A stretch of 64,000 bases of DNA from Thermoplasmatota archaeon (lineage in GTDB: Archaea; Thermoplasmatota; JAKEGO01), in assembly GCA_028279595.1 (NCBI GenBank), contig JANQNK010000004.1:174993-238992 (forward strand). Direction: 5' to 3'. This document shows, piece by piece, positions 38,717 to 47,171 of this stretch. The notes under the pieces were generated by a model. It worked only from the letters and a program-made list of their open reading frames with translations. It had not been told where the DNA came from and did no database searches. Every line of letters begins with the position of its first letter. The first letter of the stretch is position 1. The translations under genes were made by a program, and so were the position numbers.

Positions 38717-39775
38717 TCATTTCAGGGCTTTCCAGATGAGGTCCTCAATGTTCCTGACGGTTATAGTATCTTCACCTAACTCCGCCACGGTCTTCGCGGC
38801 CTTCTTGAGCACCGTCTCGCAGGTTGAACAAGTAGTGACGAGGACCTCGGCTCCGGTGGCGACGGCCTGTCGGATCCGGTAGAGGGAGATGTCGTCCGAG
38901 AGCTCCTGATCGGACATGAGGATGCCCCCGCCGCCTCCGCAGCAGGCAGAGCCGTCCTTGTTGCTCTCCATCTCGATGAGCTCGCAGCCGAGCCTCTTGA
39001 TTATCTCACGGGGCTCGTCGATTATCTTGAGACCGCGCGAGAAATCGCATGGGTCGTGGTATGTGACCTTCATTCCGAGGTCGCCCTGCGGAAGCACCTC
39101 CAGGATCGCCTGGAGCAGATGCCTGGCTTCGATGTCGTGGCCTTCCCTCAGGAAGACGGTGCAGGTCGGACACATCGTGATCGCCTCTCCGTGCGGGAAC
39201 GCCGCCTTGAAGCGCTCCTTGTGCTCGTCGAAGTCGTCAACGAACCCGAGGATCTCCATGGGGAATCCGCAGCAGACCTCGTCGCTAATCGTTGCGTCGA
39301 TGCCGAGCTTCTCCAGGATCTTGATGAACTTCTTGGTCTTGTTGGGCCGGGACTGGTACTGGCATCCGACGAAGAGGGGTGTGTCGCCCTCCTTGCCCTC
39401 GATGCCTCCCTCGGTGTCGCCGTAGATGTTGCCTGTGTCCTTGACGTTCTGGATGACGCGCTCGTGTGTCTCGCTCGAAAAGCCGGCCTTGACGAGGTCG
39501 GCGCGGGCTGCGGCTATGATGTCCACGACGGTCACGTTCGAGGGGCAGCGCTCCATGCAGTCGCCGCACGTCGTGCACTGGAACAGGCGGTCCGCGACCT
39601 CCTGGGTCGCCTCCAGGTCGCCGGTCATCAGCCCGTACGAGAGCATGACCTTTCCCCGGGCGCCGTCGGTGTCCCATCCGCGCTCGCGGATCACTGGGCA
39701 CTCCTCGAAGCAGTAGGCGCACCTTATGCAGACGTACATCTCGTTCTCGAGCTTCTCCAGGTTCTTCGCTTCCAT
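38717..39775 (-). CDS. GlcF/HdrD-like (Fe-S + CCG) oxidoreductase subunit
   Basis: CIRCAYCFEECP, CTTCGDCMERCP, CCGFP, YHDPC, CCGGGG; ATG 39775. Confidence 0.88.
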   Translation of the reverse strand: MEAKNLEKLENEMYVCIRCAYCFEECPVIRERGWDTDGARGKVMLSYGLMTGDLEATQEVADRLFQCTTCGDCMERCPSNVTVVDIIAAARADLVKAGFSSETHERVIQNVKDTGNIYGDTEGGIEGKEGDTPLFVGCQYQSRPNKTKKFIKILEKLGIDATISDEVCCGFPMEILGFVDDFDEHKERFKAAFPHGEAITMCPTCTVFLREGHDIEARHLLQAILEVLPQGDLGMKVTYHDPCDFSRGLKIIDEPREIIKRLGCELIEMESNKDGSACCGGGGGILMSDQELSDDISLYRIRQAVATGAEVLVTTCSTCETVLKKAAKTVAELGEDTITVRNIEDLIWKALK

Positions 39776-39780
39776 CCTTG

Positions 39781-41223
39781 TCACCCCCTCACCTTGTACC
39801 TGAGGTCCGTCGCGGTCACCCAGTCGTCCGGAGCGTCCTGCAGTTTGTGCGGGTTGAGTATGTTGTTGGGATCTAGGGCCTTCTTGATGGCGCGCATCGT
39901 CTCGAGCTGGTCGGCCTTCTCCTCCTTCCACGCAGGTGCCTTGGAGAGGGCGATGCCGTGCTCGCCGGATGTCGTTCCGCCTACCTCGCGTATGAACTTG
40001 TAGACCTCGTCGACCGCCTTCGCCGATGCGTCCCACTGGCTCTGCTGGGATGGGTCGATGAGGATCTTCGTGTGTATGAGGCCGGAGCCGGCGTGGCCGT
40101 AGGCGCTCATTATGATGCCGTTGTTCTCGGCGATCTCGTGGATCTTCTGTATCGTTGCCGCGATCTGGGATATCGGAACGGCCATGTCGTCGGCCAGGGA
40201 GGTCGAGACGAGTCCTTCCTTGTAACGGGAGAGCGATGGGAAGAGCTTCTTCCTTCCGGCGTAGATACGGGCCATCTCCTTTGGGTCGTCACTGACCTCG
40301 ATCCCGGAGCCGTTGTGCTCCTTGAATATCTCCTGGACGCGCTCCATATCGCGGTCCACCTCGTCCTTGGCCATGCCGTTGCACTCGAACATCACGATGG
40401 CCTCGACGTCAGGGAGTCCCATGTCCAGTGCTGTATTGACGGCCTTGATGGCAACGTGGTCCATCAGCTCGAGCATGGACGGCTTCACGCCGCTGGCGGC
40501 GATGGCCGATATCGCGTTCCCGGCGTCCTCGAGCCTGTCGAAGTTTACCACGCCGATCATCCTGAACTTGGGAAGAGGTGCCAGCCTGAGTGTAGCCTCC
40601 GTGACGATCCCGAGTGTGCCCTCGGAACCGACGATCAGCCTGTGGAGCTGGTAGCCGGCGGATTCCACGATCGTGTTGGAGCCGAGGTCCAGTGCCTCAC
40701 CGTTCGCCATGACGACCTTCATGCCCATTATCGAGTCGCGGGTCGCGCCGTACTTCACCGCGCGGTTCCCAGAGGCGTTGGTCCCGATCATCCCGCCGAT
40801 CGTGCAGATGTTGCCGGATGACGGTGTCGGGGGGAAGAAGACGCCGAACGGCTTCAGGGCCTTGTTGAGGTCGTCGTTGACGACCCCGGCCTCGACGCGG
40901 ACGAGCACGTCCTCGGGTTTTATGTCCATGATCCTGTCCATCCTCTTCATGTCGAGGACGATGCCGCCGTCGATAGGGACTGTGTGCCCGGACATGCCGG
41001 AGCCGGCGCCCCTAGGGACGATCGGTATCTTCTTCTCGTTCGCGTAGCGAACGATGTCCTGGACCTCCTCGGTCGTACCGGGCCGGACCACCACGTCGGG
41101 CTTGGCCTGGTGAACCGATGCGTCCGAGGAATACACGTACAGGTCGAACGCCCTGTCGGAGACGTTCTCATCACCGACTATCGACCTCAGCCTCTCGATG
41201 TCGACGTCCATATTGACCACCAT
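39781..41223 (-). CDS. GlcD/Dld-family FAD-linked D-2-hydroxyacid dehydrogenase
   Basis: PRGAGSGMSG, TIGGMIGTNASG..VKYG, GSEGTLG, GHAG..IH, GEHGI. Confidence 0.9.
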   Translation of the reverse strand: MVVNMDVDIERLRSIVGDENVSDRAFDLYVYSSDASVHQAKPDVVVRPGTTEEVQDIVRYANEKKIPIVPRGAGSGMSGHTVPIDGGIVLDMKRMDRIMDIKPEDVLVRVEAGVVNDDLNKALKPFGVFFPPTPSSGNICTIGGMIGTNASGNRAVKYGATRDSIMGMKVVMANGEALDLGSNTIVESAGYQLHRLIVGSEGTLGIVTEATLRLAPLPKFRMIGVVNFDRLEDAGNAISAIAASGVKPSMLELMDHVAIKAVNTALDMGLPDVEAIVMFECNGMAKDEVDRDMERVQEIFKEHNGSGIEVSDDPKEMARIYAGRKKLFPSLSRYKEGLVSTSLADDMAVPISQIAATIQKIHEIAENNGIIMSAYGHAGSGLIHTKILIDPSQQSQWDASAKAVDEVYKFIREVGGTTSGEHGIALSKAPAWKEEKADQLETMRAIKKALDPNNILNPHKLQDAPDDWVTATDLRYKVRG

Positions 41224-41364
41224 ATTCGATGTCGTACCAGAAGAGTCCCCGGCCTTGCCGAGTGGGTCTTGGCGCAGCCCCCGGGCCGCCTTGCACCGCC
41301 GTTCGCCGCCCTATCCGGACCGTCCGTCAGGGCTCCCCTGTTTCCGCGGATATGCCCCGCCGTT

Positions 41365-41386
41365 TCCCGAATATCGATATTCGGGA
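41365..41386. promoter_or_regulatory. Perfect 22-bp palindrome in the divergent glcD/mdh control region
   Basis: TCCCGAATATCGATATTCGGGA; second IR GCGAAA-T-TTTCGC at 41417-41429. Confidence 0.55.
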
Positions 41387-41689
41387 GGGATTCTCGTTAT
41401 TCTGGAGCGGATGGAAGCGAAATTTTCGCGTTCTATCGCCCCTGTGCAGGCAGGGCAACGAAGAAGGACCCTTTGTCTTATTTTAGATTTCCGCTTCCCC
41501 GCGGTGAAAAGGATAAACAGGATATTACCGAGTGTGTAAATTGACAAGCCCGTCCGAGGGGCTTGGGAGCGACCGTTCCGATGTATTGTAACAACGCCGG
41601 GGACGGACGTAACGTTTTATCGGATATCTGTGTCCAGGCGTCCGCTTGGCAGGGATATTCTTATAAATCGGACCTGCCTTACCGACCCT

Positions 41690-42571
41690 ATGGGGAAGAT
41701 AGCAGTCATTGGAGCAGGCAGGCTCGGTTCGACCATCGCGTTCTCGGTCATGAAGGAGCGGATCGCTGACGAGCTGGTCATCATAGACATCATCGAGAAC
41801 CTCGTCAAGGGCGAGGGGCTCGACCTCGGGCAGACCACCATCTGTCCGGTGGCCGGGTCGACAGATTACAGCAACATCGCGGGGTCCGACCTGATCATAA
41901 TCGTCGCCGGCATTGCGAGGAAGCCGGACATGACCAGGGAGCAGCTCCTCGGCACGAACGCGAAGATCATGAAGTCTGTGATCGAGCAGATCAAGATCCA
42001 CGCACCCGAAGCGCTCCTGCTCGTCGTCGCGAACCCGATGGACGCCATGGCGTACATCGCCTTCAAGGAGTCCGGCTTCGAGAGGCACAGGGTGTTCGGC
42101 ATGGGCGGGGTCGTCGACTCGAACAGGTTCAAATACTTCCTGTCTCTGGAGTTCGGCGTCCCGGTGGAGAACGTGGAGGGCGTCGTCGTCGGCCAGCACG
42201 GCGAGATAATGATACCGCTGGCAAGCTCCGTCAAGATCAACGGCGAGCCCGCTGACCCGGAAAGGGTCGCGCGCGCCGTAGCAAGGACGAAGGACGCGGG
42301 AAGGGAGGTCATCGCCCTCAAGGGCGCCACCTTCTACGCGCCGGCACACGCCACGTCGATCATGGCCAGGATAGTCATGAACGACGAGAAGGTCGTGGTG
42401 CCCAGCTCCGTCCTCTGGGAGGACGAGCAGGTGTTCGTGGGCCAGCCCATCAGGCTGGGCCGCAACGGCGTCGAGGAGGTAATGGACATGGACATGACCG
42501 ACGCCGAGAAGGAGGAGTTCAGCAGGGCCGCCAGGGCTCTGAGGGGCAACCTCGAAGCAGTGGGATACTGA
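41690..42571 (+). CDS. mdh: Malate dehydrogenase (LDH-like)
   Basis: GAGRLG; specificity loop AGIARKPDMTR carries the Arg of malate-type enzymes; VANPMD, DSNRF, GQHG. Confidence 0.9.
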   Translation: MGKIAVIGAGRLGSTIAFSVMKERIADELVIIDIIENLVKGEGLDLGQTTICPVAGSTDYSNIAGSDLIIIVAGIARKPDMTREQLLGTNAKIMKSVIEQIKIHAPEALLLVVANPMDAMAYIAFKESGFERHRVFGMGGVVDSNRFKYFLSLEFGVPVENVEGVVVGQHGEIMIPLASSVKINGEPADPERVARAVARTKDAGREVIALKGATFYAPAHATSIMARIVMNDEKVVVPSSVLWEDEQVFVGQPIRLGRNGVEEVMDMDMTDAEKEEFSRAARALRGNLEAVGY

Positions 42572-42683
42572 GATCGCAGATGGGGACCGGCTCCGATTTG
42601 GGGCTTCTGCAGTGTAGATTGTAGTAGTTCGAACGAGGCCGTGACCCTGGACCCCTAACCCAACCTCGGACCAGTGATCATCA

Positions 42684-42720
42684 AGACGCGTTGATCGCCG
42701 AAGGGCTCGCGGTCGAGCGC
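42684..42720 (+). repeat. Dispersed hairpin repeat, copy B
   Basis: AGACGCGTTG-ATCGCCGAAGGGCTCGCGGT-CGAGCGC. Confidence 0.7.
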
Positions 42721-42748
42721 GTTCACTGCTGGGTTTTGAATGGTCCGA

Positions 42749-43831
42749 TCAAATATTGTCCAGGATCTTCCGGACCAGTGGTTCGTAAACGAGCCACTTC
42801 ACCTCGTATATCCTCGGGATGGACTGGAGGAGGACGAAGGGGTCGTTCCTCAACGTGTTGTGCTCCTGGCAGTAGGAGACGTACTCGTTGTGGAGGTACT
42901 TGAACTCCTCGAAGTCTCGGAATGCCGTGAGCATGACGCTCTCGGGGTCGCGGGCGATATTGAATATCGGCGTCTGGACAGCCCGAGTATGCTGTACGCA
43001 CTTCTGACGTCCAGAGAGCGGGATGAGCGGATTGAACTTGGAATGCGTCAGAGCGAGCATCTTGAAGCCGAGCTTCTCGAGGCTGACTATGCGGCGGCGT
43101 TCTATCAGCCGTTCCTCCAGGAAACGGTTCTTGACGCGAGTGAAGACAGGCCTGGAGCACCCGATACGTTCGCTGAGCGATGAATCGGATAGTTCTGGAT
43201 ACTTGACGAGTCCGAGGAATACACGCTTCTCGAGGTCGTTGAGCTCGGGGTAATGGACCTTCGTCTTGTTCTTCTCGGAGCTCACGTCGATGTCCTCGGT
43301 TATCGCGTCCTCGGGCTCGATCTGGAATATCCGATTGAGAAGTGGAGCGAAGTCGAAGCAGCTGAATATCGACGAGGCGTCGAACGGGAACATGACCTGA
43401 TGGATCTCCTCGAGGAAGTCGTTCTCCTCGTAGAGCTGGACGAGGTCGTCGGTGACCTTCACGTGCTCGCCTATGTTCTTGGACACAGAAAGGAATACGG
43501 CCTGGTTCGACTCGCTGACGATGGTGAAGATGTCGGAGGCCGCGAGGAGCCTTCCGCGCGAGATCGCGAGGCGGTCCTCGGTGCGGGTCTTCCGGTTGAG
43601 GGTGACGTACCAGACGACGAGGAGTTCAGAACCGAGCCTGTTGAAGACGGGGGAATGCGAGGAGTAGAAGTAACCCTCGGTCCGGAGCTTCTTCTTGATG
43701 GTCGAGAAGGTCGACTGCTTCATGTCGATCCTGTTGCAGAGCTCCTGGTCCGAGAGTAGCGGATGGCGCACGAGGTTGTACAGGACGGTCTGTTCGTTGA
43801 CCGATAATCCGCTGATATCAGCACTGTTCAT
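42749..43831 (-). CDS. Tandem-duplicated Lrp/AsnC-type transcriptional regulator
   Basis: Two HTH modules (LSDQELCNRIDMKQSTFSTIKKKL; LSDSSLSERIGCSRPVFTRVKNRF), each followed by the Lrp linker (FNRLG / LEKLGF) and an effector domain. Confidence 0.75.
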   Translation of the reverse strand: MNSADISGLSVNEQTVLYNLVRHPLLSDQELCNRIDMKQSTFSTIKKKLRTEGYFYSSHSPVFNRLGSELLVVWYVTLNRKTRTEDRLAISRGRLLAASDIFTIVSESNQAVFLSVSKNIGEHVKVTDDLVQLYEENDFLEEIHQVMFPFDASSIFSCFDFAPLLNRIFQIEPEDAITEDIDVSSEKNKTKVHYPELNDLEKRVFLGLVKYPELSDSSLSERIGCSRPVFTRVKNRFLEERLIERRRIVSLEKLGFKMLALTHSKFNPLIPLSGRQKCVQHTRAVQTPIFNIARDPESVMLTAFRDFEEFKYLHNEYVSYCQEHNTLRNDPFVLLQSIPRIYEVKWLVYEPLVRKILDNI

Positions 43832-44118
43832 TGTAGCGACGGAGAAGGGCGATATCCGCATAAGAACCTTACTAGGGCCCGATTTCCCCTAATTTGGGCT
43901 TCGAAAGTACATCGGCATTATCGCTTCAAGCGTGATATTGTGCAACAGGGCCATGATTCTCGCAATAACGAGTTATTTCTGTGATTTTCGATGAATTGAG
44001 AATAATTTCAGCGAGATGTGTTCAGGTTATCGGGAATTTTCCATATCGACTTCGGAATATATTTACACTTCCCCACCGATTTTAATGGTAGAGAAGAGCA
44101 AAATATCGGGTGATTCCC

Positions 44119-45399
44119 ATGGAAAACCGAACTGCGGAAAATGGCGAGCGGGTTGCACGGATCGCGGGCGTCGACATCGACCTCGGACAGGTCGAGGAAG
44201 TGCTGTTGAGCCACGGGGCGGTCCTCGAGGCGGAGGTCATGGCGGTGGAGGACGAGGCGAGGGGCGAGCTGCTCAATGCCGTGATATCCCTGAAGGGAGG
44301 CCATCACGTATCCAACGACCTCAAGACCGAGATCGCTTGGCACGTGGGTACCGACATCGGGTATCCGTCGATATTCAAGGACATAGAGTTCATAGCGAAG
44401 GAGGTCGAGCCCCAGGTCCCGTGGGACGAGGTCCGGGAGGAGGGCGACGTCGTCTTCACCTCCGGTCACAAGATAGATATCACCGAGGTCGAGAAGGTCC
44501 TCATGCGGTACGACGAGGTCACCAAGGCCGTCGTCACCGGCGTGCCCGACGAGAGGCACGGTGAGATCCTCAGGGCATATGTGACCCTAAAGGAGGGCAG
44601 CGTACCCACCGACGACCTCAAGAGGGACCTCGCGTGGTACGCCCAGGTCGAGGTCGGCCCGATGCTCCTCTTCGAGGACATCGAGTTCGGCGACCGCCCC
44701 TCCGGAGCACCTGTCAAGGTGCCAGTCGGCAATGACGGCATGGTCGTCGTCGACGATGTCGCCATGGACGGAGGGGCCATGGAGATCTCCGGACACAGGC
44801 TCTCCACCACGGAGATCACCAACGTCCTTCTCAGTCACCCCGACATATCCGACGCGGCTGTTGTAACGGTCCCGGACGAGAGGAAGGGAGAGGTCATGAA
44901 GGCCTTCGCAAAGGTCAAGGAGGGCGTCGTTCCCTCGAACGACCTCAAGCTCGAACTGGCCTGGCTCGTTCTTACTGAGCTCAAACCCATAGGCGTCTTC
45001 AAGAGCATAGAGCTGGAGCAGGAGGAGACCGAAAAGGCACCGGTCATGGGCGAGGAGGTCCACATCTCCGGACACACGCTCCTCAGCATCGACGTCGAGG
45101 AGGCCCTCGTGAGCCACCCTTCGGTCGCCGAGGCGATCGTCGTCGGGGTCCCGGACGGCACCCACGGAGAGGCGCTGCAGGCCTTCGTCAATCTCAATAC
45201 CGACGTTCTCCCGACCGAGGCTCTGAAGGAGGAGCTCGCATGGCATGCGCGGACCGAGATCGGCCCGGAGGTCGTCTTCAGGTCCGTGAAGTTCAGGAGC
45301 TTCCTGCCCAGGGCAAAAGATAGAAGAACGTTAAGGAGCATACTCCGGGCCGACGCCCTGGAGATCCCGACGAAGATGTCCATCACCATGGCAGACTGA
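44119..45399 (+). CDS. Protein of four tandem AMP-binding C-terminal (acyl-CoA synthetase lid) domains
   Basis: Four repeats of (S)GH-x-I...EVE.VL.SHP.V.EA.V.GVPD...GE...A.V.LK.G....LK.ELAW; no adenylation core. Confidence 0.8.
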   Translation: MENRTAENGERVARIAGVDIDLGQVEEVLLSHGAVLEAEVMAVEDEARGELLNAVISLKGGHHVSNDLKTEIAWHVGTDIGYPSIFKDIEFIAKEVEPQVPWDEVREEGDVVFTSGHKIDITEVEKVLMRYDEVTKAVVTGVPDERHGEILRAYVTLKEGSVPTDDLKRDLAWYAQVEVGPMLLFEDIEFGDRPSGAPVKVPVGNDGMVVVDDVAMDGGAMEISGHRLSTTEITNVLLSHPDISDAAVVTVPDERKGEVMKAFAKVKEGVVPSNDLKLELAWLVLTELKPIGVFKSIELEQEETEKAPVMGEEVHISGHTLLSIDVEEALVSHPSVAEAIVVGVPDGTHGEALQAFVNLNTDVLPTEALKEELAWHARTEIGPEVVFRSVKFRSFLPRAKDRRTLRSILRADALEIPTKMSITMAD

Positions 45400-45448
45400 T
45401 GGCCAGCGGCTCTCCGGTGGGCGGACTGTCCCCATTGGAAGTGAGAGC

Positions 45449-46786
45449 CTGAGCTACACCGTCCACTACGGAAAGGACGCCATCGACGTCGAGATCGAGG
45501 GTGAGGTACAGATACTCGATCCTGCCGAGTTCGAAGTAGGCGACGAGTCGGTGATAATCAAGAACGCCCTGGAGGATCCGATCGACTCCGTCGGGTTCGC
45601 CGAGTTCGCTGACTACGAGGATTCCCTTCTGATAATCGTCAATGACGGGACCCGGCCGACGCCGACAGCGAGGATCGTCAGGGAGATATATCCGATATTG
45701 AAGGACCATCCCGACGTCAGGTTCCTGATCGCGACCGGAGCGCACCGCGCGCCGAACCAGGAGGAGTTCGACTTCATGTTCGGCGAGCACCACGAGGAGT
45801 TCGCCGACAGGATATTCTCGCACGATGCCAGGGACGAGGATGCCATGGTCCACCTCGGGACGTCGACGAACGGCACCGAGATGTACATCAACAGGATGGT
45901 GCCGGAGGCGGACAGGATACTAGTCATCTCGAGCGTCGAGCCGCACTACTTCGGCGGCTACACCGGCGGGCGAAAGTCGTTCCTGCCCGGGGTTGCATCG
46001 TACAAGACCATAACGCAGAACCACAAGCTTGCACTCTCGAACAGGGCGCGGGCCCTGGCTCTGGACGGCAATCCAGTACACGAGGACATGATGGACGCGC
46101 TCAAGAACCTGTCCGACATGAAGGTGTTCTCGATACAGACCGTGTTGACGGGAGACCACAAGATATTCGCATGCACCGCGGGCGACCTGCACGGTTCCTT
46201 CTACGCCGCCATCGAGCAGGCCTTCAAGATATTCTGCGTTCCCCTCGAACACAGGGGTAACATCGTGGTAACGGTCGCGCCATATCCCATGGACGTCGAC
46301 CTCTACCAGTCGCAGAAGGCCGTCGAGAACGGGAAGTACGCTCTCCAGAACGGCGGTGTTCTCATCCTGGTGTCGCGCTGTACCGATGGCATCGGCGGCA
46401 AGACCTTCTTCGACCTCCTGTCCTCGGAGCCGACTCCGCAGGAGGTCCTGTACAGGATCAACAAGGACTACAAGCTCGGATGGCACAAGGCCGCGAAGAT
46501 GGCCCAGATCGGCGTCTGGGCACAGGTCTGGGCCGTTTCCGAACTACCGGAAGAGGACCTGGAGGCGATCAATATAGTATCCTACCGCGACGTCCAGAAG
46601 GCCATCGACGACGCGATCGATTTCATCAAGGAGAAGGGTTCGGAGCCGAAGACCGTGATCCTTTCGAGCGGCAGCCTGACCGTCCCGGTCCTCGAGGGTA
46701 CCGAGACCGAAGGGGGCTGGATGAGGGTCTCTACGGACGTCGGACTCGACGACCTGCTGGAAGTGCTGGACATCTCCATAGAATGA
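45449..46786 (+). CDS. larA: LarA-family nickel-pincer 2-hydroxyacid racemase (copy 2), probable CTG start
   Basis: VNDGTRPTPT, ATGAHR, EPHYFGGYTGGRKS..PG..NH, HKA; the frame extends upstream of GTG 45551 with a LarA-like N-terminus SYTVHYGKDAIDVEI. Confidence 0.88.
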   Translation: MSYTVHYGKDAIDVEIEGEVQILDPAEFEVGDESVIIKNALEDPIDSVGFAEFADYEDSLLIIVNDGTRPTPTARIVREIYPILKDHPDVRFLIATGAHRAPNQEEFDFMFGEHHEEFADRIFSHDARDEDAMVHLGTSTNGTEMYINRMVPEADRILVISSVEPHYFGGYTGGRKSFLPGVASYKTITQNHKLALSNRARALALDGNPVHEDMMDALKNLSDMKVFSIQTVLTGDHKIFACTAGDLHGSFYAAIEQAFKIFCVPLEHRGNIVVTVAPYPMDVDLYQSQKAVENGKYALQNGGVLILVSRCTDGIGGKTFFDLLSSEPTPQEVLYRINKDYKLGWHKAAKMAQIGVWAQVWAVSELPEEDLEAINIVSYRDVQKAIDDAIDFIKEKGSEPKTVILSSGSLTVPVLEGTETEGGWMRVSTDVGLDDLLEVLDISIE

Positions 46787-46795
46787 GGTGAGGAT

Positions 46796-47137
46796 ATGGA
46801 TGAGAAGGACGGACACATGACGGTGATCGACGTGGACCAGCTGGAGAGGGACAATCCCGAGAAGTGGACCAACTTCACGCTCTGCAGGATCAACGACTCA
46901 CTGGTAAGGATGGGAATATTCGAGGGAGAGTTCCACTGGCACCACCACGAGGACGAGGACGAGTTCTTCTACGTCGTGAGCGGGAAGCTCCTCCTGGACC
47001 TGCCGGACGAGACCGTGGAGGTCCTTCCGCACCAGGGATTCGCCGTCCCGAAGGGAGTCGAGCACAGGACCCGCGCCGAGGAGAGGACCGTGGTCCTCAT
47101 GGTCGAAGGGGACACGGTGAGTCCCAAGGGCGATTGA
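46796..47137 (+). CDS. Cupin domain protein
   Basis: GEFHWHHHEDEDEFFYV..G, VPKGVEHR. Confidence 0.9.
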   Translation: MDEKDGHMTVIDVDQLERDNPEKWTNFTLCRINDSLVRMGIFEGEFHWHHHEDEDEFFYVVSGKLLLDLPDETVEVLPHQGFAVPKGVEHRTRAEERTVVLMVEGDTVSPKGD

Positions 47138-47171
47138 TGGGGTGCCAAAACCGACCTCGCAGCAGAATCGG

